This document shows positions 1-10,538 of a stretch of DNA of 64,000 bases, piece after piece; position 1 is the stretch's first letter; every line of letters begins with the position of its first letter. The notes beneath the pieces are model-generated. The model saw nothing but the letters and a program-made list of their open reading frames with translations, had not been told where the DNA came from and did not search any database. Made by a program: the position numbers and the translations under genes. Origin of the DNA: a virus. Taxonomy: Duplodnaviria > Heunggongvirae > Uroviricota > Caudoviricetes. The DNA is taken from IMG/VR virus record IMGVR_UViG_2778260994_000001; one strand, 5' to 3'.

Positions 1-73
1 TTTTGCGAATTGCCTCCGTGTCGTCTGAACGATATTTTTTCCCGCTTTTAGCAACAATCGCTGGTGATAAAGT

Positions 74-655
74 ATGCAATATGGTTATGCGAGAGTGTCA
101 ACTTTTGACCAAAATTTAGAATTACAACTGGAGGCGCTCAGGAGTTCAGGATGTGACCGGATTTTTGAAGATAAAATATCCGGTGCGAAGTCAAAACGAC
201 CAGGGCTTGATAAGCTGATAAAAGTGTTGCGGCCTGGCGATACGGTTGTTGTCTGGAAACTGGACCGAATGGGACGTTCTCTGATTCATCTTGTTGAGTT
301 ACTGAACTTTTTTTTATCAAACAACATTGAGTTTATTTCGGTTACAGAAGGGATAAAAATTAGCACATCAATTGGCCGCTTTGCTTACACGATGCTGAGT
401 GCGGCTGCAGAGCTGGAGCGGGAAAATATTATTGAAAGAACGCGTGCAGGATTGGCTGTGGCAAGGGCTAACGGCAGGATAGGAGGACGCCGTTCAAAAC
501 TGACACCAGAGCAATGGGAGCAGGCCGGACGTTTATTAGCGCAAGGAGTCCCCCGCAAGCAGGTCGCATTGATCTACGATGTGGCTCTGTCAACTTTGTA
601 TAAAAAACACCCCGCCAAACGAACGTGCATAGAAAGTAACGCTCAAACCAATTGA
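74..655 (+). CDS. Serine recombinase / DNA invertase (Hin/Gin/Cin family), intact
   Basis: N-terminal catalytic motif YARVST; C-terminal HTH (GRIGGRRSKLTPEQWEQAGRLLAQGVPRKQVALIYDVALSTLYKK) close to Hin/Cin; N-terminal half divergent from Cin. Confidence 0.85.
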   Translation: MQYGYARVSTFDQNLELQLEALRSSGCDRIFEDKISGAKSKRPGLDKLIKVLRPGDTVVVWKLDRMGRSLIHLVELLNFFLSNNIEFISVTEGIKISTSIGRFAYTMLSAAAELERENIIERTRAGLAVARANGRIGGRRSKLTPEQWEQAGRLLAQGVPRKQVALIYDVALSTLYKKHPAKRTCIESNAQTN

Positions 656-787
656 ATCGGTCGGCAACACAGATTGATTGTGCCCCAATAGCCACACTCA
701 ACCCACGATGTTTTTTTCGATAGTGGCGAATTGATGTAAAGGAGGTGAGATGAAATCAATTCGCTGTAAGACCTCCATTTTCCAACA

Positions 788-1012
788 TCACAACCAAGTA
801 ACGCTGCTGCCCGCAAAATGATCTAACGCCCATACGACCAGGGTGTCACCTCTGGAAAGCATACGCAAAACCTTTTTTAGCCCTGGGCGTTCAGCCTTTT
901 TGCCGCTCGCCTTGTCCTCAAAAATCAGCTCACATCTTGCGCTTTCAAGGGCATTTCGTTGCAAAGCAGTGTTTTGTTCATTTGTTGATACGCGTACATA
1001 GCCTATTAGCAT
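788..1012 (-). pseudogene. 5' remnant of a Cin-like DNA invertase (about 65 codons, then stop)
   Basis: MLIGYVRVSTNEQNTALQRNAL...GDTLVVW matches the Hin/Cin N-terminus, then diverges and terminates; convergent with the intact invertase. Confidence 0.7.
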
Positions 1013-1136
1013 ATTTTCTGCTCACTATCGTTATTTATAGCAAGCTGCGGATTTTAATTAACAAAAACCAGTATGTGTGGAAATCACAAAGTACATACCG
1101 TTCCCCAATGACGAACAACTCAAAATTGGCAAGGTT

Positions 1137-1421
1137 TTTATGTCTGACTTTACAATTTTATTTTTATCTATCTTTGGCGGAGTGCATTCGTTTCTGAATG
1201 GGGTTCGTGAAAAACGTTACGAAGCGTCATGCAGGCAATTGCTGGCCGAGTGTATTGCTGCCGTACTTGCAGGCTTTATAGGCATGTATTTCGCGGAATA
1301 TAAGGGTATGGATGAAAGTCTTCAGAATTGCGTGACTATTATTTGCAGCATCAATAACAGGCTCATTCTTGAAAAGTTACAAAGGATTATCGATTCGTAC
1401 CTCAATAGAAATGCCTCTTAA
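1137..1421 (+). CDS. Holin-like small membrane protein (LydC-like), paralog of the next gene
   Basis: Hydrophobic segments; collinear similarity to the 1489-1818 product; start moved to internal ATG with AAGG RBS. Confidence 0.45.
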   Translation, partial: FMSDFTILFLSIFGGVHSFLNGVREKRYEASCRQLLAECIAAVLAGFIGMYFAEYKGMDESLQNCVTIICSINNRLILEKLQRIIDSYLNRNAS

Positions 1422-1488
1422 GCAACAAATGACCGGTTGAGAAGTTACTTTGCATACCATTACCTCCTGACAACGTAGGAGGGAACTT

Positions 1489-1818
1489 GTGCTTGACACA
1501 CAGGAATTAGCTCCAGTTGCTATTGCGCTCCTGCTTTCAGTAATTGGTGGGATAGGCACGTTCCTGATGGATGTCCGAGACGGTCGCCAGTCTGGCAATT
1601 TGTTGGGATTGGTTACGGAGATCTTTGTTGCAGTGACAGCTGGCGCGGTGGCGTACCTATTGGGGCAACACGAGGGCTGGGAGTTATCAATTACGTACTT
1701 AATGGTAACGATAGCCAGCAATAACGGTCATGAGGTGATTTCAGGGATGAAACGAGTGAATATCGATAGCATTCTGAATGTTCTTACAAGTTTGGTGAAA
1801 AAGGGAGGCGGGAAATGA
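1489..1818 (+). CDS. lydA: Holin-like membrane protein (LydA-like)
   Basis: Two to three predicted TM segments; first gene of a dar-type operon by position. Confidence 0.45.
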   Translation: MLDTQELAPVAIALLLSVIGGIGTFLMDVRDGRQSGNLLGLVTEIFVAVTAGAVAYLLGQHEGWELSITYLMVTIASNNGHEVISGMKRVNIDSILNVLTSLVKKGGGK

Positions 1819-2258
1819 TTGGCTGGGGTGTATGCGTTCTTGCGTTAGCCTTAGCCGATCGCTATTTGCTAAAACGCAAGGACATCACGCATTTAGAACT
1901 TGGTGATGTGGAAATTAAACCGGGTTTCATCCGGGTGCCGTTCAAATACCGGTCTAAATTCCCGTTTTTGCGCGGCGCAACGGTCAGTTATTGGATCCGC
2001 GATGTTCAGAAGCCGACGACAGTGATTGAAGGCGAACAACGTTGTCTGACGTCGGCTGAACAGGGCGAAAACAGTGAATGGTTGTACATACCCACTGAAT
2101 ATATGGGTAAAGGAGAGCGACTGTGGCATTTCAACGTCATGGTTACGCATGGCGACTCGTTCATTAACCCGTTGTATCGGATTTTCCCTGTTTCTCAGCA
2201 AATCCGCAGAAGTTACGTAATAAATCTCGCACAGGATGTGTCAGATGACGAAAAATAA
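1815..2258 (+). CDS. lydB: LydB-like lysis regulator (antiholin candidate)
   Basis: 147 aa, start overlaps stop of the upstream holin-like gene; assigned by position and size only. Confidence 0.35.
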   Translation: MIGWGVCVLALALADRYLLKRKDITHLELGDVEIKPGFIRVPFKYRSKFPFLRGATVSYWIRDVQKPTTVIEGEQRCLTSAEQGENSEWLYIPTEYMGKGERLWHFNVMVTHGDSFINPLYRIFPVSQQIRRSYVINLAQDVSDDEK

Positions 2259-2847
2259 GTATGCAACGGTCGATTTTGACCAGGTTAATGAAAAGGGGCT
2301 GAAATCCCTTATCGCGGCGATCAATAAAACCGGTGTTACGGTAATTGAGGTTGACTCCAGCAACCGCGCAACAACGAAAGATGGCGTTAAAGTTAAAACC
2401 GCAAAGCTGGTTCTTAACGACGGACAAATTCTTGCCATACAGGTAAACGATACTGGCGATATATCGTCTGTGAAGCTGAATGGAAAAGCTATTCCTAACG
2501 CTCAGTCGCCGGATATCAAGACGCTTGGTACCGTCATGGGGCAAGCGGCCCGCAAAAACTCCGCAAAATTCCAGAAATCACTGATCGCCAAAGCGAAACG
2601 TGTTGCCAATCCGGTAGACAAGAAACCGGCAGTAAAATCCAACTTTCAGCGCCTGCAAGAGGCAAAACAGCGGAATGCTCAGGTGGTTGCCGCTTATAAA
2701 TCAGCGCAGAACTCGGTGTCTTTCAATCAACAGCAGATCACTGATTTGCGGGCGAAGCTGGATAAGGAGACAGGCCGACTCAATAACGAAAAGGCCCGAA
2801 ATGGCGAACTCAAACGCCGTCTTAAGCAACTGAAAGCAGGAAATTAA
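2236..2847 (+). CDS. hdf: Hdf (homolog of DarA fragment)
   Basis: Shares a KNSAKFQ-containing segment with DarA; sits immediately upstream of darA. Confidence 0.55.
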   Translation: MCQMTKNKYATVDFDQVNEKGLKSLIAAINKTGVTVIEVDSSNRATTKDGVKVKTAKLVLNDGQILAIQVNDTGDISSVKLNGKAIPNAQSPDIKTLGTVMGQAARKNSAKFQKSLIAKAKRVANPVDKKPAVKSNFQRLQEAKQRNAQVVAAYKSAQNSVSFNQQQITDLRAKLDKETGRLNNEKARNGELKRRLKQLKAGN

Positions 2848-2848
2848 C

Positions 2849-4768
2849 ATGGAACAGTTCAATATCAATAAAGGGGTGACGATCAAGCCTGGGCTTGACG
2901 TGCTTCCCCCGCCAGTGACTGATGATGAATATCGCGCATTAATGGCCGGTGAGGACCGCTATCTGATGACGGAATCCAACACCCTGGAGGAAATCGAGGC
3001 TACGTTCTTCTATGACACGCCGATCCACTGGTGTGCTACGGATTTACTGGAGGCGATTAGTTCTACTCGTTTGCAGTTACACCGGACCATGCAGGCATTT
3101 GTCCGGGCATTGAACCAGAAGCTGAATGGTACCGGAATCTCTGCGGGGAGTGATAAAACGGGGGATGTGGCCCAGAGCGGCGCGCGCGCGATCGGCGGCG
3201 CTGAAATTGGCCGGGCACGTAACGTTAACGGGCTGCCGGTCCTGCCAGCCATTATTCCGCTCAGTGATGGTCAGACTATCAGCATTCTGTTTCATAGCCC
3301 GACAGCGGAAAACCGGATCACCAATAGCGATACGCTGGTTGCTTTCCAGTTCTTACTGAATAAAAAAGACGTTACTCACACCGTTGCTCCGATGAGTGGA
3401 CGTGATATGACGCTGGCGCAGGTCACCATGAAACTTGCCAACCTTGCAGAGAAAAACTCGGCAAAATTCCAGCGTGCGCAGAAGAAGAAAAAAGCCCTTG
3501 TTGATGAAATAACCCAACTACAGGCTGACAGTGACCAGAAAGAGGATGCCATGAGCGACCTCGCGGATCAGGTGGCAGCGGTAGAAGGGCAGAAGGCAGA
3601 TCTGGAGCAGAAAATTAACGCTGTTGCATCGGAAGCGGATTCTCTTTATGAAGAGAATGAGCGTTTGCAGACGGAGATTGATCAGCTCAATCGCACTGGT
3701 GGGCGCGATACCATTGCTCCAGCGGGGATGACTGGTGGGCACTCTCGCGCGCTGACGGATCGCCTTGCCAGTATCAAAAATCGTATGCATATGGACGGGG
3801 AAGCGACGCTCAGTAATGGTGCATCAATGAAGCAATTCATTGGGGATGGCGAAGGGTATATCCAGTTAACCGATCCGGATGGCAGCGTATACATGATCAA
3901 GGCTAAATCCATACAGGGTGTGGACATGGCAGATGCGATCGGCAAGCTGTTTAAAGCCTATAAAGCGGGTAATGTATCGGAATATCTGGTCCAACCAGAA
4001 GAACATAAACCGGAAAACGTCGAACCTGAACCAGCGGAGGATACCGGTAGCTCTTCGCCTGAACCAGAAGTCTCTGTAGGTGCATATCGATATGCCCTGC
4101 AAATGCGTCCGGCGGCCCCTGGCGCAATACCTGAAGGTAACAAAGCGATTCTGCCGCGCCCTGATGAAGGTGACCCGTATTATGAATATGCACGCTACGG
4201 CATTGCTACTTACGATACCCCGCTTTCTGATCAGCAAATGAGTGAGTACGACCTGAAGTTATTGCCTCGCGAGGATTCTTTCGACTTCCTGGCGAAGACA
4301 CTTACTAATGGTCCGTTTGGCAAATATGCACAAAAAGCTCTGGAGCTGGCCACCAGCTCACCAGACGAGTTCCGCGTAATGCTGAAAACTCAGTTTCAAA
4401 AAACTTTCCCCAATATTGCGTTTCCTGGGGGAGCTGGCACCGAGAAAATGGTGCAGAGCATGATCAATGCATTGCAGGCCGAAGTCGGTGAGATTACTCA
4501 GCCAGAACCGGCCCCGGCACAGCCTGATGAAACGGTTAGCGAAGCAGATGCAGAGGCTAATAAAGCCATTGAATATCTCAATAACGTGATGGATATGAAA
4601 AGCACTGACATGGCGGAGATCCGTAACGCCCGGGGCAATGTCCGGGAAGCGATTGCAGCCCTTCAGGCTGCCGGACGTTTTGAGGAAAACGAAGAGCTGG
4701 TTAACGGCGCAGCTCGCCACCTGGCTGATCTGCTGGTAGCAATCCAGAAAGCGGGGGTAGCGGCATGA
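2849..4768 (+). CDS. darA: DarA antirestriction / head-internal protein
   Basis: 639 aa, matching recalled P1 DarA size; coiled-coil middle; position in operon. Confidence 0.7.
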   Translation: MEQFNINKGVTIKPGLDVLPPPVTDDEYRALMAGEDRYLMTESNTLEEIEATFFYDTPIHWCATDLLEAISSTRLQLHRTMQAFVRALNQKLNGTGISAGSDKTGDVAQSGARAIGGAEIGRARNVNGLPVLPAIIPLSDGQTISILFHSPTAENRITNSDTLVAFQFLLNKKDVTHTVAPMSGRDMTLAQVTMKLANLAEKNSAKFQRAQKKKKALVDEITQLQADSDQKEDAMSDLADQVAAVEGQKADLEQKINAVASEADSLYEENERLQTEIDQLNRTGGRDTIAPAGMTGGHSRALTDRLASIKNRMHMDGEATLSNGASMKQFIGDGEGYIQLTDPDGSVYMIKAKSIQGVDMADAIGKLFKAYKAGNVSEYLVQPEEHKPENVEPEPAEDTGSSSPEPEVSVGAYRYALQMRPAAPGAIPEGNKAILPRPDEGDPYYEYARYGIATYDTPLSDQQMSEYDLKLLPREDSFDFLAKTLTNGPFGKYAQKALELATSSPDEFRVMLKTQFQKTFPNIAFPGGAGTEKMVQSMINALQAEVGEITQPEPAPAQPDETVSEADAEANKAIEYLNNVMDMKSTDMAEIRNARGNVREAIAALQAAGRFEENEELVNGAARHLADLLVAIQKAGVAA

Positions 4769-5130
4769 CACTATCAGCTATTGAGTTAATGGATCTCAGC
4801 GATAAGTTGGATGCTCTGATGTCCAAGGCGGCTACCGCGAGTGGCATGGAGTTGCTGGATATCAGCGATGAAATTGACCAGATCATGCAACAGATGGGGT
4901 ACGGCGCGTCCGGCGGCAGTAGTGGCGAGGAAAAACAACCTTCGGTACATGATGGTGTGCCAAAACTGGTTGCTGATTTCCTGGCTGATAAATTCGTCGA
5001 TCAGAGCACAGATGCATTTATCGGTACCTTGCAGGACTTGAGTCAATATGTTGGCACATACATCGACCTGGACCAGGTTAAACAGCACACGGCGGCATGG
5101 ATAGCCGCCAACATTAAAGAGGCAGCATAA
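4765..5130 (+). CDS. ddrA: DdrA-like small protein of the dar operon
   Basis: 121 aa, overlaps darA stop; assigned by position. Confidence 0.45.
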   Translation: MTLSAIELMDLSDKLDALMSKAATASGMELLDISDEIDQIMQQMGYGASGGSSGEEKQPSVHDGVPKLVADFLADKFVDQSTDAFIGTLQDLSQYVGTYIDLDQVKQHTAAWIAANIKEAA

Positions 5131-5142
5131 GGCGTAACAGGG

Positions 5143-8130
5143 ATGAGCTTAAGCGATCAGGTGGTTATGGCCACCAGCATAGAAACGCTGATCGAGCTGC
5201 TAAAGAACCTGCCCGATTATGGGCGGGTTTCGTATGTGGTGACAGCGAAGGGAGACGAGGTAAAAACAGCGTTTGATATCGTCGATGCCTCGGCTCTTTT
5301 GGTATCCAATACTCTGGACGGGAAAATTAATCCGGACTATCCCCAGGAACTTCAGCCGCGCGACCGGACCCGCGCATCCAGCCTTCTTCAGGTTAACCAG
5401 ATATCCAAAGATTTGCGACCTGCTCAGCTTACCGATTCCGGTTTATCCAGCCATGGCGCGCCGATAATTGGTGAGGACAATGCCGTTGAGTCGGGTAATG
5501 GACGGACCATGGGGATCATTAAAGCCTATCAGGACGGCAATGCGGATCGGTATCGGGAGTATCTGATTGAACATGCGACCGAATTCGGCATACGACCTGA
5601 AAAGGTTGAATCAATGACGGCCCCGGTACTGGTGCGCCGCCGGTTAACTAAGGTTGACCGCGTTCAGTTTGCCAAGGACTCAAATATTTCTGATCTTCAG
5701 GAAATGGCAGCCAGTGAAAAGGCTTTTGTTGATGCCGACAACATAACTTCGGCGATGATGGCGCTGTTTAACCCGTCAGAAAGCGGAGATCTGCTTAGCC
5801 GCAGTAATGACGCGTTTATCCGCGGATTCATGACGCAAGTTGGTGCCACACAGGCTGCTGGCCTTGTAACGGAAGATGGGCGACCAACACGGCAACTTGT
5901 AGACCGTATACAAAACGCGATCTTTGCCAAGGCATATAAGGATGCGCGCCTGGTAAGGATGGTTGCAGAAGAACCTGATCCAGATATGCGTAATGTTCTG
6001 ACGGCGCTTAATGCGGCAGCCAATGATTTTGTCCAGATGCAGGCTTTATCAGGTGAAGCGCACAAGCAGGCTGTGACAACTATTGTTGATGGTATTGAGA
6101 CAGCGGATAGTCTCGATAAAAAGGCGCTGGCGGCATTGAAAGATGCGGTAGACCTGGTAAGGCAATCGAAGGAGTCAGGCCAACATATTACCGATGTTAT
6201 TGCTCAGGGGGATATGTTCAGCGAAACGGCCCCGGAAGTGAAAGCACTCGCGTTGTTTATCGTCGCGAATAACCGTAGCGCGAAGCGTATGGCCACCGCC
6301 TTTAAGTTGATGGCGCAACGTATCAATGATGAGTTACAGCACCAGGGCCAGGCGCTCGGGGATATGTTTGGCGGCGGCGATGTGTCGTTACAGGATATCC
6401 TTCGCCAGGTGTCTCAGGAACTGGAAAACGAAGGTATGCAAGGGATATCCAGCGGTCTTTTCGAGTCAGCTTCCGGCGGTAGTTACAACGGTGTTGCTCC
6501 ATATACCAGTTTGCTATTACATCGGGCATCCGGCATCAAAGACATTATTCATCTGATCAGGCTGCTTTCCCGTACAGATCCCCAGGATGAACAGCTTGTA
6601 CAAGTGCTTGCGCATTTTGTTCGAATGCCTGTTGCCGACGTGAAAAAATGGTGCCGATTATTCGGTATCAGCAATTCGTTACTTCGCGGCTTGTTAAATC
6701 ACGCATCCTCCCTTGGGCGCGATGGCTTTGACGAGATAGCGCAGGCGATAAAAAACGGAGATATGCCACCAGCTATTGACTGGTTTTCCATTCGCCCAAC
6801 CAGGGTGAAAGCATTCCTTAGCGCGGCGCATTCGGCATCACCATTGGCAGAAATGGTTCAGAGGTTGTCGCTCATATTCACAGATCATACCGCGTTGGGT
6901 GATCTGACTCTTGACGAGATGAAAGAAGCCTCCATTCAGTGGGCCGATCAACAAAATGAGGTTAACTCTGACTTCTTGCCAGCATTCAGGAAGGCCGTTA
7001 GTAAAGCGGATGATGCCCGTGGAATTCTGAAGGCATTTAAGGCATTGCAAAGTCGGGTTAATAAACATGTCGGTGGTATCGATGGAGTAACGGCGGAAGG
7101 CAGGGATATCCTTAAAGAGCACGGCATAACGCCAGAGTTTATTGATGAGATCAGGACGGATATGCAGCGTGAGGTCGTATCGTCCCTGCAAATTGTAGCC
7201 AGGGCGTTGGCGGATGCTAATCCGAAGAGTGCGGCCATTGTTAACCGGGTTATTGGTGATATTGAAGCATCGGAGGGCATGGGGGCGCTGAAACTCTTCC
7301 TTTCGCGAGCGTTTAATCCTAACGGCAATATTCTCCCTGGCATTATTGGTGAGGCTAAAAAGTATGTCAGTGAAGAAGAACTTGAGCAGCTTGACCAACT
7401 ACTTAAGCGATTCTCATATAACCCGCAGACACGCTGGCAAATGAATCAGCGAAGTATGGGGTCGGTCCACGAGAAAGTGTTATCTGCCATGAACAGTGCG
7501 ATCGCAAACTCATCCGTATCTGAAGAAAAAGCTCTTGAGTGGGCCGACTCTTTTATCACGGAAGAAGTGGAAGAAGCCCGCGCTGGACAGAATGGTGGGA
7601 TAGACCTGCGCAAGGAACTTGCTGATATTTATCGCCTGACCGGCGGGAAAATATCGACCTTATCAAAGGTGATTCACCACCAGGGAAGGGCATATGCAAA
7701 TCTAAATGGTGTTGTTGCTGTCAATTTGAACGATGAAAATGCAAGTGCACTGTGGCACGAGCTGGGTCATCATCTTGAGTACAGTAACCCTGGTTTGTTA
7801 GAGAAAGCCCGGTCATTCCTGAAGGCCAATGTTGAAGGGGATAAGCCATCATTCGTCAATATCGGTGGGCGTGGCAAGCCTGAATGGTGCTTCAGATCTC
7901 GATTGAGTAATATTTATATGGCGAAGGTATACCCGCCAGTCTCAGTGAGTAACTCAGGGAAAATTCGGCAGAAATCACCGACTATTTCCAAAACGTCAGC
8001 AACGGAAGTATTCTCTATGGCTCTTCAGTTGTATCATGACAAAGAGGCCGCTGCCGCATCACTGATGAATGGTGACGGATTGCTGGAACTGTTATTAGGT
8101 GTGGCAAAGGAGCTAAATAATGCAGATTAA
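5143..8130 (+). CDS. ddrB: DdrB-like large protein of the dar operon
   Basis: 995 aa ORF with no competing frame; size and position consistent with DdrB. Confidence 0.5.
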   Translation: MSLSDQVVMATSIETLIELLKNLPDYGRVSYVVTAKGDEVKTAFDIVDASALLVSNTLDGKINPDYPQELQPRDRTRASSLLQVNQISKDLRPAQLTDSGLSSHGAPIIGEDNAVESGNGRTMGIIKAYQDGNADRYREYLIEHATEFGIRPEKVESMTAPVLVRRRLTKVDRVQFAKDSNISDLQEMAASEKAFVDADNITSAMMALFNPSESGDLLSRSNDAFIRGFMTQVGATQAAGLVTEDGRPTRQLVDRIQNAIFAKAYKDARLVRMVAEEPDPDMRNVLTALNAAANDFVQMQALSGEAHKQAVTTIVDGIETADSLDKKALAALKDAVDLVRQSKESGQHITDVIAQGDMFSETAPEVKALALFIVANNRSAKRMATAFKLMAQRINDELQHQGQALGDMFGGGDVSLQDILRQVSQELENEGMQGISSGLFESASGGSYNGVAPYTSLLLHRASGIKDIIHLIRLLSRTDPQDEQLVQVLAHFVRMPVADVKKWCRLFGISNSLLRGLLNHASSLGRDGFDEIAQAIKNGDMPPAIDWFSIRPTRVKAFLSAAHSASPLAEMVQRLSLIFTDHTALGDLTLDEMKEASIQWADQQNEVNSDFLPAFRKAVSKADDARGILKAFKALQSRVNKHVGGIDGVTAEGRDILKEHGITPEFIDEIRTDMQREVVSSLQIVARALADANPKSAAIVNRVIGDIEASEGMGALKLFLSRAFNPNGNILPGIIGEAKKYVSEEELEQLDQLLKRFSYNPQTRWQMNQRSMGSVHEKVLSAMNSAIANSSVSEEKALEWADSFITEEVEEARAGQNGGIDLRKELADIYRLTGGKISTLSKVIHHQGRAYANLNGVVAVNLNDENASALWHELGHHLEYSNPGLLEKARSFLKANVEGDKPSFVNIGGRGKPEWCFRSRLSNIYMAKVYPPVSVSNSGKIRQKSPTISKTSATEVFSMALQLYHDKEAAAASLMNGDGLLELLLGVAKELNNAD

Positions 8131-8428
8131 AATCGCAGCGCCATTAGGCGGAGATGCCATTATCGAATTTGATGATAATGAAGAAGTTTCCGGGCGTTTA
8201 AGCATTATCTCCGGTGACATTACCGAGGACATGATCGCTGAAGCCATAGCTGGAGCAAATCCCAATAGCTATATGGGATTCGTTAACACCCTTGATGCTC
8301 CCGCAAGTGATGTTCTCCGAACGCTGCATCTTTACGCTGGCTGGTTTGTTGATTGGCCAGCAGTAGATGGTGGTGATGAGGACGACGACGATGATTTTGG
8401 TGATCATATAGACCAGATCATATATTAA
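8120..8428 (+). CDS. Hypothetical protein with poly-acidic C-terminus (DGGDEDDDDDFGD)
   Basis: Overlaps ddrB stop; followed by a terminator. Confidence 0.4.
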   Translation: MQIKIAAPLGGDAIIEFDDNEEVSGRLSIISGDITEDMIAEAIAGANPNSYMGFVNTLDAPASDVLRTLHLYAGWFVDWPAVDGGDEDDDDDFGDHIDQIIY

Positions 8429-8430
8429 AG

Positions 8431-8457
8431 AAATCCCGCCAATCGGCGGGATTTTTA
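8431..8457. terminator. Rho-independent terminator between convergent genes, likely bidirectional
   Basis: Stem aatcccgcc / ggcgggatt with 4-nt loop, then TTTTT. Confidence 0.55.
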
Positions 8458-8459
8458 CC

Positions 8460-9554
8460 TCACGAGAAGCTCTTTTCTGATGTCAGCCAACAGTGCTCGT
8501 GCAAATCTCTTGGTGGTTTTTCGACAAATGCCTCTTCAGCCACATCCTGCCAGGGGATTTGTTTAGCCCATTCAGCTATAGCGTTATGGTTTGCCGAGAA
8601 TAACGGTATTGTATAGGCCTTCAGCCAGTCTAATGTGCTGGAGTTGTGTTTTTGAGCGTGATGTTTCGCATGGTGTTTGGCGATCACGATCGTAGGCACT
8701 ACCCATTTACTACCGTCAGTCATTGTGAAGTGCATATTACGGGGAACAGATGACTTTTCCATCAACTCCCGAATCCCGGGAAATTTCCCCAAGATCAATC
8801 GGCGATATTCATCGCTATTGCGCCCACCAAACTCTTTGGCTTTGAATTCAAGATATGCTTCAGAAACGAGAGGTGAATCCTCTGTGTTTAGAGTTATCGC
8901 CGTGAAAAAACCAGCAGGATTGTTTTTACTATGGGCCAACCGGTGATGCGAATCATAAAAGTACCCTTTCTCGCGTTCCGATGGTTTCGACAGCAACAGC
9001 AGGCGCGAGTCATAATTGGTTAAATTGCCAGTTATCACTGCATGAGCGCGATCGCTGATTTCCGCCGAGTTAATAACGATGAAAAGATCGTGCGGTCCAG
9101 TAAAACCAGCCAGAGACACTTCGTTATTCAGACAATAGGTTATATAGACGCATCCCCATATTTCACTGATATGCACCAACCCTTTGTCAGGGTGCATTCT
9201 GAAATGATTGCCAAGAAAAGGGTGTTTTTGGGTAACTCGCTCCCAATAACGGAACATATAGTCAATTATTGTTTTTCGACTATCGTTAATAGCAGGAGAA
9301 ACAACCACTGTACGGGAACACGAATACAGTATTGTTTGCAGGATGCTAATCACTGCCACAATAGAGGTTTCCCCAATACCATGTGGTGTGGTGGCAGTGA
9401 CTTTGGCTCCGGTGTTCTTTATCGCGTTAATAATTTTTGCTTGATGAGGTGTTAACTCAATATCAAGCAACTCTTTCGCTGCCAGTTCCCAATTGTCTTT
9501 ATACTGTTCTATCAGTGCTAACCAGGCAGGTTCATTCTGTATACGATTAGTCAC
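8460..9554 (-). CDS. Paralog of the terminase large subunit (PacB) N-terminal ATPase domain, degenerate Walker motifs, no nuclease domain
   Basis: Collinear similarity to PacB (28278-29762) over the N-terminal region; PacB GHGTGKS aligns to PHGIGET and IIDEAS to VINSAE; protein is 364 vs 494 aa. Confidence 0.6.
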   Translation of the reverse strand: MTNRIQNEPAWLALIEQYKDNWELAAKELLDIELTPHQAKIINAIKNTGAKVTATTPHGIGETSIVAVISILQTILYSCSRTVVVSPAINDSRKTIIDYMFRYWERVTQKHPFLGNHFRMHPDKGLVHISEIWGCVYITYCLNNEVSLAGFTGPHDLFIVINSAEISDRAHAVITGNLTNYDSRLLLLSKPSEREKGYFYDSHHRLAHSKNNPAGFFTAITLNTEDSPLVSEAYLEFKAKEFGGRNSDEYRRLILGKFPGIRELMEKSSVPRNMHFTMTDGSKWVVPTIVIAKHHAKHHAQKHNSSTLDWLKAYTIPLFSANHNAIAEWAKQIPWQDVAEEAFVEKPPRDLHEHCWLTSEKSFS

Positions 9555-10341
9555 TTTCCACCTCTTCCGTGGTGTTTTCTTGCAGTTCTGTTAATGCAGC
9601 ACGACACAGGTTCCGGGCCTTGGCTATAGCCACACTTTTGACTTCATCTGTCATCGTGCAGGTAATGTACTGATCGAGTTCTTCAGCGCGGATGATGCTT
9701 TTGCCAATCAGAAACTGTATTTGCCAGAGCAGATCGGCATCCATAATCAGAATTTCTGCCGGGCCTTCAGGGCCAGCCGGGAAGGAAACATAAGACTGTT
9801 TGCCAAGGCCGATAACTCGACAACTTGCTTCAAGAATTGCGCGCTTGAGGTCTGACTTTGTAACTGAAACAGGTTGATTTTCACCTGCGATTACGCCGTT
9901 GACATGGATGTGGAAGGGCATGTAGCTTGAAATTCGCTCTACTTTCCATACGCCAGCAAGCGATCCTTCATGCAGCACAATGGGGGTAACAGCGAGTTTC
10001 ATCTCACCATATAACTGCTGGCAGATAGCTGGATTGCTGAATACATCCAAAGGTTCACACTCAAACAGCGGTGCAATCTGCATGAGGTCCATCATGGTCA
10101 TACCTGGGGTACGAGCGGTAATGAATCTGCGCATGCCAGTATCCATTGTTCGCCAGATAGCTACACCATGCTTTTTGCTCACTTCTTCAGTAAAGCCAAG
10201 GTGGCACATGATGGTTTTTTCGATAGCCAGATCAGAGATAGAAACCTTTTCGCCTGGCACTCCATCATTATTGATGGTCACTTCGACACTCTGGCCATTA
10301 CGTAGGCGGTATTGAATGGTTTTAGTATTTTGTGCTGTCAT
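9547..10341 (-). CDS. Hypothetical protein, translationally coupled to the terminase-like paralog
   Basis: 264-aa ORF; stop overlaps the downstream start (ATGA). Confidence 0.5.
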   Translation of the reverse strand: MTAQNTKTIQYRLRNGQSVEVTINNDGVPGEKVSISDLAIEKTIMCHLGFTEEVSKKHGVAIWRTMDTGMRRFITARTPGMTMMDLMQIAPLFECEPLDVFSNPAICQQLYGEMKLAVTPIVLHEGSLAGVWKVERISSYMPFHIHVNGVIAGENQPVSVTKSDLKRAILEASCRVIGLGKQSYVSFPAGPEGPAEILIMDADLLWQIQFLIGKSIIRAEELDQYITCTMTDEVKSVAIAKARNLCRAALTELQENTTEEVESD

Positions 10342-10538
10342 AGTCTTTTCTCTGCTTAAAAACTGATGTATTGCGCCTTCAGGTTGGTTAGGAATGTTTT
10401 CCCACCAGCGAAAGCAATATCTCGGGGTGTTCTATTCGTTAAAAGCGCGTGCCATTGCCAACTTTGGCGTTTTTGAGCGAGTTCGTGCTTTTGTCGGCGT
10501 CTGGACCACCGCTTTTCTTTCAGTCGTTTTTTACACAT

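Noticed and set aside
1-73. Possible invertase crossover site upstream of the invertase
   Set aside because: Only loose resemblance to hix/gix-type half-sites (TGATAA-like); the window starts too close to judge, and no inverted partner is visible.
468-701. 77-aa minus-strand ORF
   Set aside because: Antisense to, and fully inside, the well-supported invertase gene.
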